Origin: Bugula neritina
Taxonomy: Eukaryota; Animalia; Bryozoa
Assembly: GCA_964035545.1 (NCBI GenBank)
Contig: CAXIUT010000183.1
Coordinates: 992,001-1,056,000 of the forward strand
DNA length: 64,000 bases
Direction of reading: 5' to 3'
Position numbers and translations under genes: made by a program. The notes beneath the pieces are model-generated. The model was not told where the DNA came from. It saw only the letters and a program-made list of their open reading frames with translations, and did not search any database. Below are positions 43,311 through 60,976 of this stretch, piece by piece (the first letter of the stretch is position 1; every line of letters starts with the position of its first letter).

Positions 43311-46300
43311 AATATACTGTAACATACCGAAATATGCTCTAGCACACTGAAATACACTGCAACTCACTGAAATATACTGCAACATACTGAAATACACTGT
43401 GACATCCTGAAATATACTGCAACATTCTGAAATACACTGCTACATACTGAAATATACTGCATCATACTGCAACATACTGAAATACACTGCAACATACTAC
43501 AACATACTGAAATACGCTGCAACACATTGAAATATACTGCAACATACCTAAATATATGGTAATATACCGAAATATACTGTAACGCATTGCAAAATACTGC
43601 AACATACTGAAATACACTGCGACACACTGAAATACGCTGCAAAATACTACAACATACTGAAATAAACTGTAACACATTGAAATACACTGCAATACATTGA
43701 AAAATAATGCAATATACTGATATATACTGTAACACACTGAAATATACTGCAACATACTGAAATACACTGTAACATACTGAAATATACTGTAACATACTGC
43801 AACATACTGAAATACACTGTAACATACTGAGATACACTGCCGCATACTGCAACATATTGAACTACACTGCAACACATTGAAATATATTGCAACTTATCGA
43901 ATATATGGAAAACTACTGAAATATACTGTAACGCATTGAAAAAGACTGCAACATACTGAAATATATTGCGACACATTGCAATATACTGTAATATACTGAA
44001 AAATGCTGTATCACACTGAAATATACTGCAATTCGCTGAAATATACTGCAACATACTGAAATACACCGCAACATCCTACAACATACTAAAATACACTGTA
44101 ACATTTCGAAATACACTGCAACACATTGAATTATACTGCAACATAACGAAATATATGGTAAACTACTGAAATATATTTTAACAAATTGAAAAATACTGCA
44201 ACATACTGAAATATACTGTAACACACTGAAGTATACTGCAACATACTGAAATACACTGTAACATACTGAAATATACTGCAACATACTGAAATACACTGCT
44301 ACATACTGAAATATACTGCAACGTACTGCAACATACTGCAGCATACTGAAATACACTGTAACATACTGAAATACACTGCAACATACTACCACATATTGAA
44401 ATACACTGCAACACATTGAAATGTACTGCAACATACCGAAATATATGGTAAACTACTAAAATATACTGTAACACATTGAAAAATACTGCAACATACTGAA
44501 ATATACTGCGACACCTAGCAATATACTGTAACATACTGAAATATGCTCTAGCACACTGAAATACAATGCAACTTACTGAAATATACTGCAACATACTGAA
44601 ATACACTGCAACATCCTACAATATGCTGAAATACACAGTAACATATTGAAATACACTGCAACACTTTGAAATATACTGCAACATACCGAAATATATGGTA
44701 AACTACTGCAACATACTACAACATACTGAAATACACTGCAACACATTGAAATATACTGCGACATACCTAAATATACGGTAATATACTGAAATAAACTGTA
44801 ACACATTGAAAAATACTGCAACATACTGAAATATACTGTAACACACCGAAATATACTGCAACATACTGAAATACACTGTAACATACTGAAATACACTGCT
44901 ACATACTGAAATATACTGCAACATACTGCAACATACTGAAATACACAGTAACATACTGAAATAAACTGCAACATACTACAACATATTGAAATACACTGCA
45001 ACACATTGAAATATACTGCAACATACCTAAATATACGGTAATATACTGAAATTCACTGTAACGCATTGCAAAATACTGCAACATACTGAAATTCACTGCG
45101 ACACACCGAAATACGCTGCAAAATACTACAACATACTGAAATAAACTGTAACATGTTGAAATACACTGCAACACATTGAAAAATACTGTAACATACTGAA
45201 ATATATTTTAACACATTGAAAAATACTGCAACATACTGAAATACACTGCAACACATTGAAATATACTGCAACATACCGAAATATATGGTAAACTACTGAA
45301 ATATACTGTAACACATTGAAAAATACTGCAACATACCGAAATACACTGTAACATACTGAAATAAACTGCAACATACTACAACATATTGAGATACACTGCA
45401 ACAAATTGAAATATACTGCAACATACCTAAATATACGGTAATATACTGAAATTCACTGTAACGCATTGCAAAATACTACAACATACTGAAATTCACTGCG
45501 ACACACTGAAATACGCTGCAAAATACTACAACATACTGAAATAAACTGTAACATATTGAAATACACTGCAACACATTGAAATATACTGCAACATAACAAA
45601 ATATATGGTAAACTACTGAAATAGACTTTAACACATTGAAAAATACTGCAACATACTGAAATACACTGTAACATACTGAAATATACTGCAACATACTGAA
45701 ATACACTGCTACATACTGAAATATACTGCAACGTACTGCAACATACTCCAGCATACTGAAATACACTGTAACATACTGAAATACACTGCAACATACTACC
45801 ACATATTGAAATACACTGCAACACATTGAAATGTACTGCAACATACCGAAATATATGGTAAACTACTAAAATATACTGTAACATATTGAAAAATACTGCA
45901 ACATACTGAAATATACTGCGACACCTAGCAATATACTGTAACATACTGAAATATGCTCTAGCACACTGAAATACAATGCAACACATTGAAATATACTGTA
46001 ACATACCGAAATATGCTCTAGCACACTGAAATACACTGCAACTCACTGAAATATACTGCAACATACTGAAATACACTGTGACATCCTGAAATATACTGCA
46101 ACATTCTGAAATACACTGCTACATACTGAAATATACTGCATCATACTGCAACATACTGAAATACACTGCAACATACTACAACATACTGAAATACGCTGCA
46201 ACACATTGAAATATACTGCAACATACCTAAATATATGGTAATATACCGAAATATACTGTAACGCATTGCAAAATACTGCAACATACTGAAATACACTGCG

Positions 46301-49300
46301 ACACACTGAAATACGCTGCAAAATACTACAACATACTGAAATAAACTGTAACACATTGAAATACACTGCAATACATTGAAAAATAATGCAATATACTGAT
46401 ATATACTGTAACACACTGAAATATACTGCAACATACTGAAATACACTGTAACATACTGAAATATACTGTAACATACTGCAACATACTGAAATACACTGTA
46501 ACATACTGAGATACACTGCCGCATACTGCAACATATTGAACTACACTGCAACACATTGAAATATATTGCAACTTATCGAATATATGGAAAACTACTGAAA
46601 TATACTGTAACGCATTGAAAAAGACTGCAACATACTGAAATATATTGCGACACATTGCAATATACTGTAATATACTGAAAAATGCTGTATCACACTGAAA
46701 TATACTGCAATTCGCTGAAATATACTGCAACATACTGAAATACACCGCAACATCCTACAACATACTAAAATACACTGTAACATTTCGAAATACACTGCAA
46801 CACATTGAATTATACTGCAACATAACGAAATATATGGTAAACTACTGAAATATATTTTAACAAATTGAAAAATACTGCAACATACTGAAATATACTGTAA
46901 CACACTGAAGTATACTGCAACATACTGAAATACACTGTAACATACTGAAATATACTGCAACATACTGAAATACACTGCTACATACTGAAATATACTGCAA
47001 CGTACTGCAACATACTGCAGCATACTGAAATACACTGTAACATACTGAAATACACTGCAACATACTACCACATATTGAAATACACTGCAACACATTGAAA
47101 TGTACTGCAACATACCGAAATATATGGTAAACTACTAAAATATACTGTAACACATTGAAAAATACTGCAACATACTGAAATATACTGCGACACCTAGCAA
47201 TATACTGTAACATACTGAAATGTGCTCTAGCACACTGAAATACAACGCAACTTACTGAAATATACTGCAACATACTGAAATACACTGCAACATCCTACAA
47301 TATGCTGAAATACACAGTAACATATTGAAATACACTGCAACACTTTGAAATATACTGCAACATACCGAAATATATGGTAAACTACTGCAACATACTACAA
47401 CATACTGAAATACACTGCAACACATTGAAATATACTGCGACATACCTAAATATACGGTAATATACTGAAATAAACTGTAACACATTGAAAAATACTGCAA
47501 CATACTGAAATATACTGTAACACACCGAAATATACTGCAACATACTGAAATACACTGTAACATACTGAAATACACTGCTACATACTGAAATATACTGCAA
47601 CATACTGCAACATACTGAAATACACAGTAACATACTGAAATAAACTGCAACATACTACAACATATTGAAATACACTGCAACACATTGAAATATACTGCAA
47701 CATACCTAAATATACGGTAATATACTGAAATTCACTGTAACGCATTGCAAAATACTGCAACATACTGAAATTCACTGCGACACACTGAAATACGCTGCAA
47801 AATACTACAACATACTGAAATAAACTGTAACATGTTGAAATACACTGCAACACATTGAAAAATACTGTAACATACTGAAATATATTTTAACACATTGAAA
47901 AATACTGCAACATACTGAAATACACTGCAACACATTGAAATATACTGCAACATACCGAAATATATGGTAAACTACTGAAATATACTGTAACACATTGAAA
48001 AATACTGCAACATACCGAAATACACTGTAACATACTGAAATAAACTGCAACATACTACAACATATTGAGATACACTGCAACAAATTGAAATATACTGCAA
48101 CATACCTAAATATACGGTAATATACTGAAATTCACTGTAACGCATTGCAAAATACTACAACATACTGAAATTCACTGCGACACACTGAAATACGCTGCAA
48201 AATACTACAACATACTGAAATAAACTGTAACATATTGAAATACACTGCAACACATTGAAATATACTGCAACATAACAAAATATATGGTAAACTACTGAAA
48301 TAGACTTTAACACATTGAAAAATACTGCAACATACTGAAATACACTGTAACATACTGAAATATACTGCAACATACTGAAATACACTGCTACATACTGAAA
48401 TATACTGCAACGTACTGCACCATACTCCAGCATACTGAAATACACTGTAACATACTGAAATACACTGCAACATACTACCACATATTGAAATACACTGCAA
48501 CACATTGAAATGTACTGCAACATACCGAAATATATGGTAAACTACTAAAATATACTGTAACATATTGAAAAATACTGCAACATACTGAAATATACTGCGA
48601 CACCTAGCAATATACTGTAACATACTGAAATATGCTCTAGCACACTGAAATACAATGCAACACATTGAAATATACTGTAACATACCGAAATATGCTCTAG
48701 CACACTGAAATACACTGCAACTCACTGAAATATACTGCAACATACTGAAATACACTGTGACATCCTGAAATATACTGCAACATTCTGAAATACACTGCTA
48801 CATACTGAAATATACTGCATCATACTGCAACATACTGAAATACACTGCAACATACTACAACATACTGAAATACGCTGCAACACATTGAAATATACTGCAA
48901 CATACCTAAATATATGGTAATATACCGAAATATACTGTAACGCATTGCAAAATACTGCAACATACTGAAATACACTGCGACACACTGAAATACGCTGCAA
49001 AATACTACAACATACTGAAATAAACTGTAACACATTGAAATACACTGCAATACATTGAAAAATAATGCAATATACTGATATATACTGTAACACACTGAAA
49101 TATACTGCAACATACTGAAATACACTGTAACATACTGAAATATACTGTAACATACTGCAACATACTGAAATACACTGTAACATACTGAGATACACTGCCG
49201 CATACTGCAACATATTGAACTACACTGCAACACATTGAAATATATTGCAACTTATCGAATATATGGAAAACTACTGAAATATACTGTAACGCATTGAAAA

Positions 49301-51356
49301 AGACTGCAACATACTGAAATATATTGCGACACATTGCAATATACTGTAATATACTGAAAAATGCTGTATCACACTGAAATATACTGCAATTCGCTGAAAT
49401 ATACTGCAACATACTGAAATACACCGCAACATCCTACAACATACTAAAATACACTGTAACATTTCGAAATACACTGCAACACATTGAATTATACTGCGAC
49501 ATAACGAAATATATGGTAAACTACTGAAATATATTTTAACAAATTGAAAAATACTGCAACATACTGAAATATACTGTAACACACTGAAGTATACTGCAAC
49601 ATACTGAAATACACTGTAACATACTGAAATATACTGCAACATACTGAAATACACTGCTACATACTGAAATATACTGCAACGTACTGCAACATACTGCAGC
49701 ATACTGAAATACACTGTAACATACTGAAATACACTGCAACATACTACCACATATTGAAATACACTGCAACACATTGAAATGTACTGCAACATACCGAAAT
49801 ATATGGTAAACTACTAAAATATACTGTAACACATTGAAAAATACTGCAACATACTGAAATATACTGCGACACCTAGCAATATACTGTAACATACTGAAAT
49901 ATGCTCTAGCACACTGAAATACAATGCAACTTACTGAAATATACTGCAACATACTGAAATACACTGCAACATCCTACAATATGCTGAAATACACAGTAAC
50001 ATATTGAAATACACTGCAACACTTTGAAATATACTGCAACATACCGAAATATATGGTAAACTACTGCAACATACTACAACATACTGAAATACACTGCAAC
50101 ACATTGAAATATACTGCGACATACCTAAATATACGGTAATATACTGAAATAAACTGTAACACATTGAAAAATACTGCAACATACTGAAATATACTGTAAC
50201 ACACCGAAATATACTGCAACATACTGAAATACACTGTAACATACTGAAATACACTGCTACATACTGAAATATACTGCAACATACTGCAACATACTGAAAT
50301 ACACAGTAACATACTGAAATAAACTGCAACATACTACAACATATTGAAATACACTGCAACACATTGAAATATACTGCAACATACCTAAATATACGGTAAT
50401 ATACTGAAATTCACTGTAACGCATTGCAAAATACTGCAACATACTGAAATTCACTGCGACACACTGAAATACGCTGCAAAATACTACAACATACTGAAAT
50501 AAACTGTAACATGTTGAAATACACTGCAACACATTGAAAAATACTGCAACATACTGAAATATATTTTAACACATTGAAAAATACTGCAACATACTGAAAT
50601 ACACTGCAACACATTGAAATATACTGCAACATACCGAAATATATGGTAAACTACTGAAATATACTGTAACACATTGAAAAATACTGCAACATACTGAAAT
50701 ACACTGTAACATACTGAAATAAACTGCAACATACTACAACATATTGAGATACACTGCAACAAATTGAAATATACTGCAACATACCTAAATATACGGTAAT
50801 ATACTGAAATTCACTGTAACGCATTGCAAAATACTACAACATACTGAAATTCACTGCGACACACTGAAATACGCTGCAAAATACTACAACATACTGAAAT
50901 AAACTGTAACATATTGAAATACACTGCAACACTTTGAAATATACTGCAACATAACAAAATATATGGTAAACTACTGAAATAGACTTTAACACATTGAAAA
51001 ACACTGCAACATACTGAAATACACTGTAACATACTGAAATATACTGCAACATACTGAAATACACTGCTACATACTGAAATATACTGCAACGTACTGCAAC
51101 ATACTCCAGCATACTGAAATACACTGTAACATACTGAAATACACTGCAACATACTACCACATATTGAAATACACTGCAACACATTGAAATGTACTGCAAC
51201 ATACCGAAATATATGGTAAACTACTAAAATATACTGTAACATATTGAAAAATACTGCAACATACTGAAATATACTGCGACACCTAGCAATATACTGTAAC
51301 ATACTGAAATATGCTCTAGCACACTGAAATACAATGCAACACATTGAAATATACTG
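43311..51356. repeat. Three tandem copies of a 2679-bp higher-order repeat
   Basis: ORFs at 43364/46043/48722 and 45453/48132/50811. TTCGAA marker at about 44105/46784/49463. The same chimeric junction occurs at about 45990 and 48669. Confidence 0.94.
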
Positions 51357-54300
51357 CAACATACCTAAATATACGGTAATATACTGAAATTCACTGTAAC
51401 GCATTGCAAAATACTGCAACATACTGAAATACACTGCAACATACTACCACATATTGAAATACACTGCAACATATTGAAATACACTGCAACACATTGAAAA
51501 ATACTGCAACATACTGAAATATACTGTAACACACTGAAATATACTGCAACATACTGAAATACACTGTAACATACTGAAATATACTGCAACATACTGAAAT
51601 ACACTGCTACATACTGAAATATACTGCAACATACTGCAACATACTGCAATACACTGTAACATACTAAAATACACTGCAATATACTACAACATATTGAAAT
51701 ACACTGCAACACATTGAAATACACTGCAACTTACCGAATATATGGTAAACTACTGAAATATACTGTAACGCATTGAAAAATACTGCAACATACTGAAATA
51801 TATTGCGACACATTGCAATATACTGTAACATACTGAAAAATGCTGTAGCACACTGAAATATACTGCAATTCACTGAAATATACTGCAACATACTGACATA
51901 CACCGCAACATCCTACAACATACTGAAATACTTTGTAACATATTGAAATACACTGCAACACATTGAAATATACTGCAACATAACGAACTATATGGTAACC
52001 TACTGAAATATATTTTAACACATTGAAAAATACTGCAACATACTGAAATATATTTTAACACATTGAAAAATACTGCAACATACTGAAATATACTGTAACA
52101 CACCGAAATATACTGCAACATACTGAAATACACTGTAACATACTGAAATATACTGCAACATACTGAAATACACTGCTACATACTGCAACATACTGCAACA
52201 TACTGCAACATACTGAAATACACTGTAACATACTGAAATAAACTGCAACATACTACAACATATTGAAATACACTGCAACACATTGAAATATACTGCTACA
52301 TACCTAAATATACGGTAATATACTGAAATATACTGTAACACATTGAAAAAACTGCAACATACTGAAATACACTGCAACGCACTGAAATACACCGCAAAAT
52401 ACTACAACATGCTGAAATACACTGTAACATATTGAAATCCACTGCAACACATTGAAATATACTGCAACATACCGAAATATATGGTAAACTACTGAAATAG
52501 ACTTTAACACATTGAAAAATACTGCAACATACAGAAATATACTGTAACACACTGAAATATACTGCAACATACTGAAATATACTGCGACACATTGCAATAT
52601 ACTGTAACATATTGAAATATGCTGTAGCACACTGAAATACACTGCAACATCCTACAACATACTGAAATACACTGTAACATATTGAAATACACTGCAAGAA
52701 ATTGAAATAGACTGCAACATAACAAAATATATGGTAAACTACTGAAATAGACTTTAACACATTGAAAAATACTGCAACATACAGAAATATACTGTAACAC
52801 ACTGAAATATACTGCAACATACTGAAATACACTGTAACATTCTGAAATATACTGCAACATACTGAAATACACTGCTACATACTGAAATATACTGCAACAT
52901 ACTGCAAAATACTGCAACATACTGAATTACACTGTAACATATTGAAGTACACTGCAACACATTGAAATATACTGCAACATGCCAAAATATATGGTAAACA
53001 ACTGAAATATACTTTAACACATTGAAAAATACTGCAACATACTGAAATATACTGCGACACTTTGCAATATACTGTAACATACCGAAATATGCTCTAGCAC
53101 ACTGAAATACACTGCAACTCACTGAAATATACTGCAACATACTGAAATACACTGTGACATCCTGAAATATACTGCAACATTCTGAAATACACTGCTACAT
53201 ACTGAAATATACTGCATCATACTGCAACATACTGAAATACACTGCAACATACTACAACATACTGAAATACACTGCAACACATTGAAATATACTGCAACAT
53301 ACCTAAATATATGGTAATATACCGAAATATACTGTAACGCATTGCAAAATACTGCAACATACTGAAATACACTGCGACACACTGAAATACGCTGCAAAAT
53401 ACTACAACATACTGAAATAAACTGTAACACATTGAAATACACTGCAATACATTGAAAAATAATGCAATATACTGATATATACTGTAACACACTGAAATAT
53501 ACTGCAACATACTGAAATACACTGTAACATACTGAAATATACTGTAACATACTGCAACATACTGAATTACACTGTAACATACTGAGATACACTGCCGCAT
53601 ACTGCAACATATTGAACTACACTGCAACACATTGAAATATATTGCAACTTATCGAATATATGGAAAACTACTGAAATATACTGTAACGCATTGAAAAAGA
53701 CTGCAACATACTGAAATATATTGCGACACCTAGCAATATACTGTAACATACTGAAATATGCTCTAGCACACTGAAATACAATGCAACTTACTGAAATATA
53801 CTGCAACATACTGAAATACACTGCAACATCCTACAATATGCTGAAATACACAGTAACATATTGAAATACACTGCAACACTTTGAAATATACTGCAACATA
53901 CCGAAATATATGGTAAACTACTGCAACATACTACAACATACTGAAATACACTGCAACACATTGAAATATACTGCGACATACCTAAATATACGGTAATATA
54001 CTGAAATAAACTGTAACACATTGAAAAATACTGCAACATACTGAAATATACTGTAACACACCGAAATATACTGCAACATACTGAAATACACTGTAACATA
54101 CTGAAATACACTGCTACATACTGAAATATACTGCAACATACTGCAACATACTGAAATACACAGTAACATACTGAAATAAACTGCAACATACTACAACATA
54201 TTGAAATACACTGCAACACATTGAAATATACTGCAACATACCTAAATATACGGTAATATACTGAAATTCACTGTAACGCATTGCAAAATACTGCAACATA

Positions 54301-55790
54301 CTGAAATTCACTGCGACACACTGAAATACGCTGCAAAATACTACAACATACTGAAATAAACTGTAACATGTTGAAATACACTGCAACACATTGAAAAATA
54401 CTGCAACATACTGAAATATATTTTAACACATTGAAAAATACTGCAACATACTGAAATACACTGCAACACATTGAAATATACTGCAACATACCGAAATATA
54501 TGGTAAACTACTGAAATATACTGTAACACATTGAAAAATACTGCAACATACTGAAATACACTGTAACATACTGAAATAAACTGCAACATACTACAACATA
54601 TTGAGATACACTGCAACAAATTGAAATATACTGCAACATACCTAAATATACGGTAATATACTGAAATTCACTGTAACGCATTGCAAAATACTACAACATA
54701 CTGAAATTCACTGCGACACACTGAAATACGCTGCAAAATACTACAACATACTGAAATAAACTGTAACATATTGAAATACACTGCAACACTTTGAAATATA
54801 CTGCAACATAACAAAATATATGGTAAACTACTGAAATAGACTTTAACACATTGAAAAACACTGCAACATACTGAAATACACTGTAACATACTGAAATATA
54901 CTGCAACATACTGAAATACACTGCTACATACTGAAATATACTGCAACGTACTGCAACATACTCCAGCATACTGAAATACACTGTAACATACTGAAATACA
55001 CTGCAACATACTACCACATATTGAAATACACTGCAACACATTGAAATGTACTGCAACATACCGAAATATATGGTAAACTACTAAAATATACTGTAACATA
55101 TTGAAAAATACTGCAACATACTGAAATATACTGCGACACCTAGCAATATACTGTAACATACTGAAATATGCTCTAGCACACTGAAATACAATGCAACACA
55201 TTGAAATATACTGCAACATACCTAAATATACGGTAATATACTGAAATTCACTGTAACGCATTGCAAAATACTGCAACATACTGAAATACACTGCAACATA
55301 CTACCACATATTGAAATACACTGCAACATATTGAAATACACTGCAACACATTGAAAAATACTGCAACATACTGAAATATACTGTAACACACTGAAATATA
55401 CTGCAACATACTGAAATACACTGTAACATACTGAAATATACTGCAACATACTGAAATACACTGCTACATACTGAAATATACTGCAACATACTGCAACATA
55501 CTGCAATACACTGTAACATACTAAAATACACTGCAATATACTACAACATATTGAAATACACTGCAACACATTGAAATACACTGCAACTTACCGAATATAT
55601 GGTAAACTACTGAAATATACTGTAACGCATTGAAAAATACTGCAACATACTGAAATATATTGCGACACATTGCAATATACTGTAACATACTGAAAAATGC
55701 TGTAGCACACTGAAATATACTGCAATTCACTGAAATATACTGCAACATACTGACATACACCGCAACATCCTACAACATACTGAAATACTT

Positions 55791-57293
55791 TGTAACATAT
55801 TGAAATACACTGCAACACATTGAAATATACTGCAACATAACGAACTATATGGTAACCTACTGAAATATATTTTAACACATTGAAAAATACTGCAACATAC
55901 TGAAATATATTTTAACACATTGAAAAATACTGCAACATACTGAAATATACTGTAACACACCGAAATATACTGCAACATACTGAAATACACTGTAACATAC
56001 TGAAATATACTGCAACATACTGAAATACACTGCTACATACTGCAACATACTGCAACATACTGCAACATACTGAAATACACTGTAACATACTGAAATAAAC
56101 TGCAACATACTACAACATATTGAAATACACTGCAACACATTGAAATATACTGCTACATACCTAAATATACGGTAATATACTGAAATATACTGTAACACAT
56201 TGAAAAAACTGCAACATACTGAAATACACTGCAACGCACTGAAATACACCGCAAAATACTACAACATGCTGAAATACACTGTAACATATTGAAATCCACT
56301 GCAACACATTGAAATATACTGCAACATACCGAAATATATGGTAAACTACTGAAATAGACTTTAACACATTGAAAAATACTGCAACATACAGAAATATACT
56401 GTAACACACTGAAATATACTGCAACATACTGAAATATACTGCGACACATTGCAATATACTGTAACATATTGAAATATGCTGTAGCACACTGAAATACACT
56501 GCAACATCCTACAACATACTGAAATACACTGTAACATATTGAAATACACTGCAACACATTGAAATATACTGCAACATAACGAACTATATGGTAACCTACT
56601 GAAATATATTTTAACACATTGAAAAATACTGCAACATACTGAAATATATTTTAACACATTGAAAAATACTGCAACATACTGAAATATACTGTAACACACC
56701 GAAATATACTGCAACATACTGAAATACACTGTAACATACTGAAATATACTGCAACATACTGAAATACACTGCTACATACTGCAACATACTGCAACATACT
56801 GCAACATACTGAAATACACTGTAACATACTGAAATAAACTGCAACATACTACAACATATTGAAATACACTGCAACACATTGAAATATACTGCTACATACC
56901 TAAATATACGGTAATATACTGAAATATACTGTAACACATTGAAAAAACTGCAACATACTGAAATACACTGCAACGCACTGAAATACACCGCAAAATACTA
57001 CAACATGCTGAAATACACTGTAACATATTGAAATCCACTGCAACACATTGAAATATACTGCAACATACCGAAATATATGGTAAACTACTGAAATAGACTT
57101 TAACACATTGAAAAATACTGCAACATACAGAAATATACTGTAACACACTGAAATATACTGCAACATACTGAAATATACTGCGACACATTGCAATATACTG
57201 TAACATATTGAAATATGCTGTAGCACACTGAAATACACTGCAACATCCTACAACATACTGAAATACACTGTAACATATTGAAATACACTGCAA
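55791..57293. repeat. Nested 739-bp tandem duplication
   Basis: ORFs 55872->56611 and 56161->56900. The marker AACGAACTATATGGTAACC is repeated at +739. Confidence 0.9.
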
Positions 57294-60200
57294 GAAATTG
57301 AAATAGACTGCAACATAACAAAATATATGGTAAACTACTGAAATAGACTTTAACACATTGAAAAATACTGCAACATACAGAAATATACTGTAACACATTG
57401 AAATATACTGCAACATACTGAAATACACTGTAACATTCTGAAATATACTGCAACATACTGAAATACACTGCTACATACTGAAATATACTGCAACATACTG
57501 CAAAATACTGCAACATACTGAAATACACTGTAACATATTGAAGTACACTGCAACACATTGAAATATACTGCAACATGCCAAAATATATGGTAAACAACTG
57601 AAATATACTTTAACACATTGAAAAATACTGCAACATACTGAAATATACTGCGACACCTAGCAATATACTGTAACATACTGAAATATGCTCTAGCACACTG
57701 AAATACAATGCAACTTACTGAAATATACTGCAACATACTGAAATACACTGCAACATCCTACAATATGCTGAAATACACAGTAACATATTGAAATACACTG
57801 CAACACTTTGAAATATACTGCAACATACCGAAATATATGGTAAACTACTGCAACATACTACAACATACTGAAATACACTGCAACACATTGAAATATACTG
57901 CGACATACCTAAATATACGGTAATATACTGAAATAAACTGTAACACATTGAAAAATACTGCAACATACTGAAATATACTGTAACACACCGAAATATACTG
58001 CAACATACTGAAATACACTGTAACATACTGAAATACACTGCTACATACTGAAATATACTGCAACATACTGCAACATACTGAAATACACAGTAACATACTG
58101 AAATAAACTGCAACATACTACAACATATTGAAGTACACTGCAACACATTGAAATATACTGCAACATGCCAAAATATATGGTAAACAACTGAAATATACTT
58201 TAACACATTGAAAAATACTGCAACATACTGAAATATACTGCGACACTTTGCAATATACTGTAACATACCGAAATATGCTCTAGCACACTGAAATACACTG
58301 CAACTCACTGAAATATACTGCAACATACTGAAATACACTGTGACATCCTGAAATATACTGCAACATTCTGAAATACACTGCTACATACTGAAATATACTG
58401 CATCATACTGCAACATACTGAAATACACTGCAACATACTACAACATACTGAAATACACTGCAACACATTGAAATATACTGCAACATACCTAAATATATGG
58501 TAATATACCGAAATATACTGTAACGCATTGCAAAATACTGCAACATACTGAAATACACTGCGACACACTGAAATACGCTGCAAAATACTACAACATACTG
58601 AAATAAACTGTAACACATTAAAATACACTGCAATACATTGAAAAATAATGCAATATACTGATATATACTGTAACACACTGAAATATACTGCAACATACTG
58701 AAATACACTGTAACATACTGAAATATACTGTAACATACTGCAACATACTGAATTACACTGTAACATACTGAGATACACTGCCGCATACTGCAACATATTG
58801 AACTACACTGCAACACATTGAAATATATTGCAACTTATCGAATATATGGAAAACTACTGAAATATACTGTAACGCATTGAAAAAGACTGCAACATACTGA
58901 AATATATTGCGACACCTAGCAATATACTGTAACATACTGAAATATGCTCTAGCACACTGAAATACAATGCAACTCACTGAAATATACTGCAACATACTGA
59001 AATACACTGCAACATCCTACAATATGCTGAAATACACAGTAACATATTGAAATACACTGCAACACTTTGAAATATACTGCAACATACCGAAATATATGGT
59101 AAACTACTGCAACATACTACAACATACTGAAATACACTGCAACACATTGAAATATACTGCGACATACCTAAATATACGGTAATATACTGAAATAAACTGT
59201 AACACATTGACAAATACTGCAACATACTGAAATATACTGTAACACACCGAAATATACTGCAACATACTGAAATACACTGTAACATACTGAAATACACTGC
59301 TACATACTGAAATATACTGCAACATACTGCAACATACTGAAATACACAGTAACATACTGAAATAAACTGCAACATACTACAACATATTGAAATACACTGC
59401 AACACATTGAAATATACTGCAACATACCTAAATATACGGTAATATACTGAAATTCACTGTAACGCATTGCAAAATACTGCAACATACTGAAATTCACTGC
59501 GACACACTGAAATACGCTGCAAAATACTACAACATACTGAAATAAACTGTAACATGTTGAAATACACTGCAACACATTGAAAAATACTGCAACATACTGA
59601 AATATATTTTAACACATTGAAAAATACTGCAACATACTGAAATACACTGCAACACATTGAAATATACTGCAACATACCGAAATATATGGTAAACTACTGA
59701 AATATACTGTAACACATTGAAAAATACTGCAACATACTGAAATACACTGTAACATACTGAAATAAACTGCAACATACTACAACATATTGAGATACACTGC
59801 AACAAATTGAAATATACTGCAACATACCTAAATATACGGTAATATACTGAAATTCACTGTAACGCATTGCAAAATACTACAACATACTGAAATTCACTGC
59901 GACACACTGAAATACGCTGCAAAATACTACAACATACTGAAATAAACTGTAACATATTGAAATACACTGCAACACTTTGAAATATACTGCAACATAACAA
60001 AATATATGGTAAACTACTGAAATAGACTTTAACACATTGAAAAACACTGCAACATACTGAAATACACTGTAACATACTGAAATATACTGCAACATACTGA
60101 AATACACTGCTACATACTGAAATATACTGCAACGTACTGCAACATACTCCAGCATACTGAAATACACTGTAACATACTGAAATACACTGCAACATACTAC

Positions 60201-60976
60201 CACATATTGAAATACACTGCAACACATTGAAATGTACTGCAACATACCGAAATATATGGTAAACTACTAAAATATACTGTAACATATTGAAAAATACTGC
60301 AACATACTGAAATATACTGCGACACCTAGCAATATACTGTAACATACTGAAATATGCTCTAGCACACTGAAATACAATGCAACACATTGAAATATACTGC
60401 AACATACCTAAATATACGGTAATATACTGAAATTCACTGTAACGCATTGCAAAATACTGCAACATACTGAAATACACTGCAACATACTACCACATATTGA
60501 AATACACTGCAACATATTGAAATACACTGCAACACATTGAAAAATACTGCAACATACTGAAATATACTGTAACACACTGAAATATACTGCAACATACTGA
60601 AATACACTGTAACATACTGAAATATACTGCAACATACTGAAATACACTGCTACATACTGAAATATACTGCAACATACTGCAACATACTGCAATACACTGT
60701 AACATACTAAAATACACTGCAATATACTACAACATATTGAAATACACTGCAACACATTGAAATACACTGCAACTTACCGAATATATGGTAAACTACTGAA
60801 ATATACTGTAACGCATTGAAAAATACTGCAACATACTGAAATATATTGCGACACATTGCAATATACTGTAACATACTGAAAAATGCTGTAGCACACTGAA
60901 ATATACTGCAATTCACTGAAATATACTGCAACATACTGACATACACCGCAACATCCTACAACATACTGAAATACTT

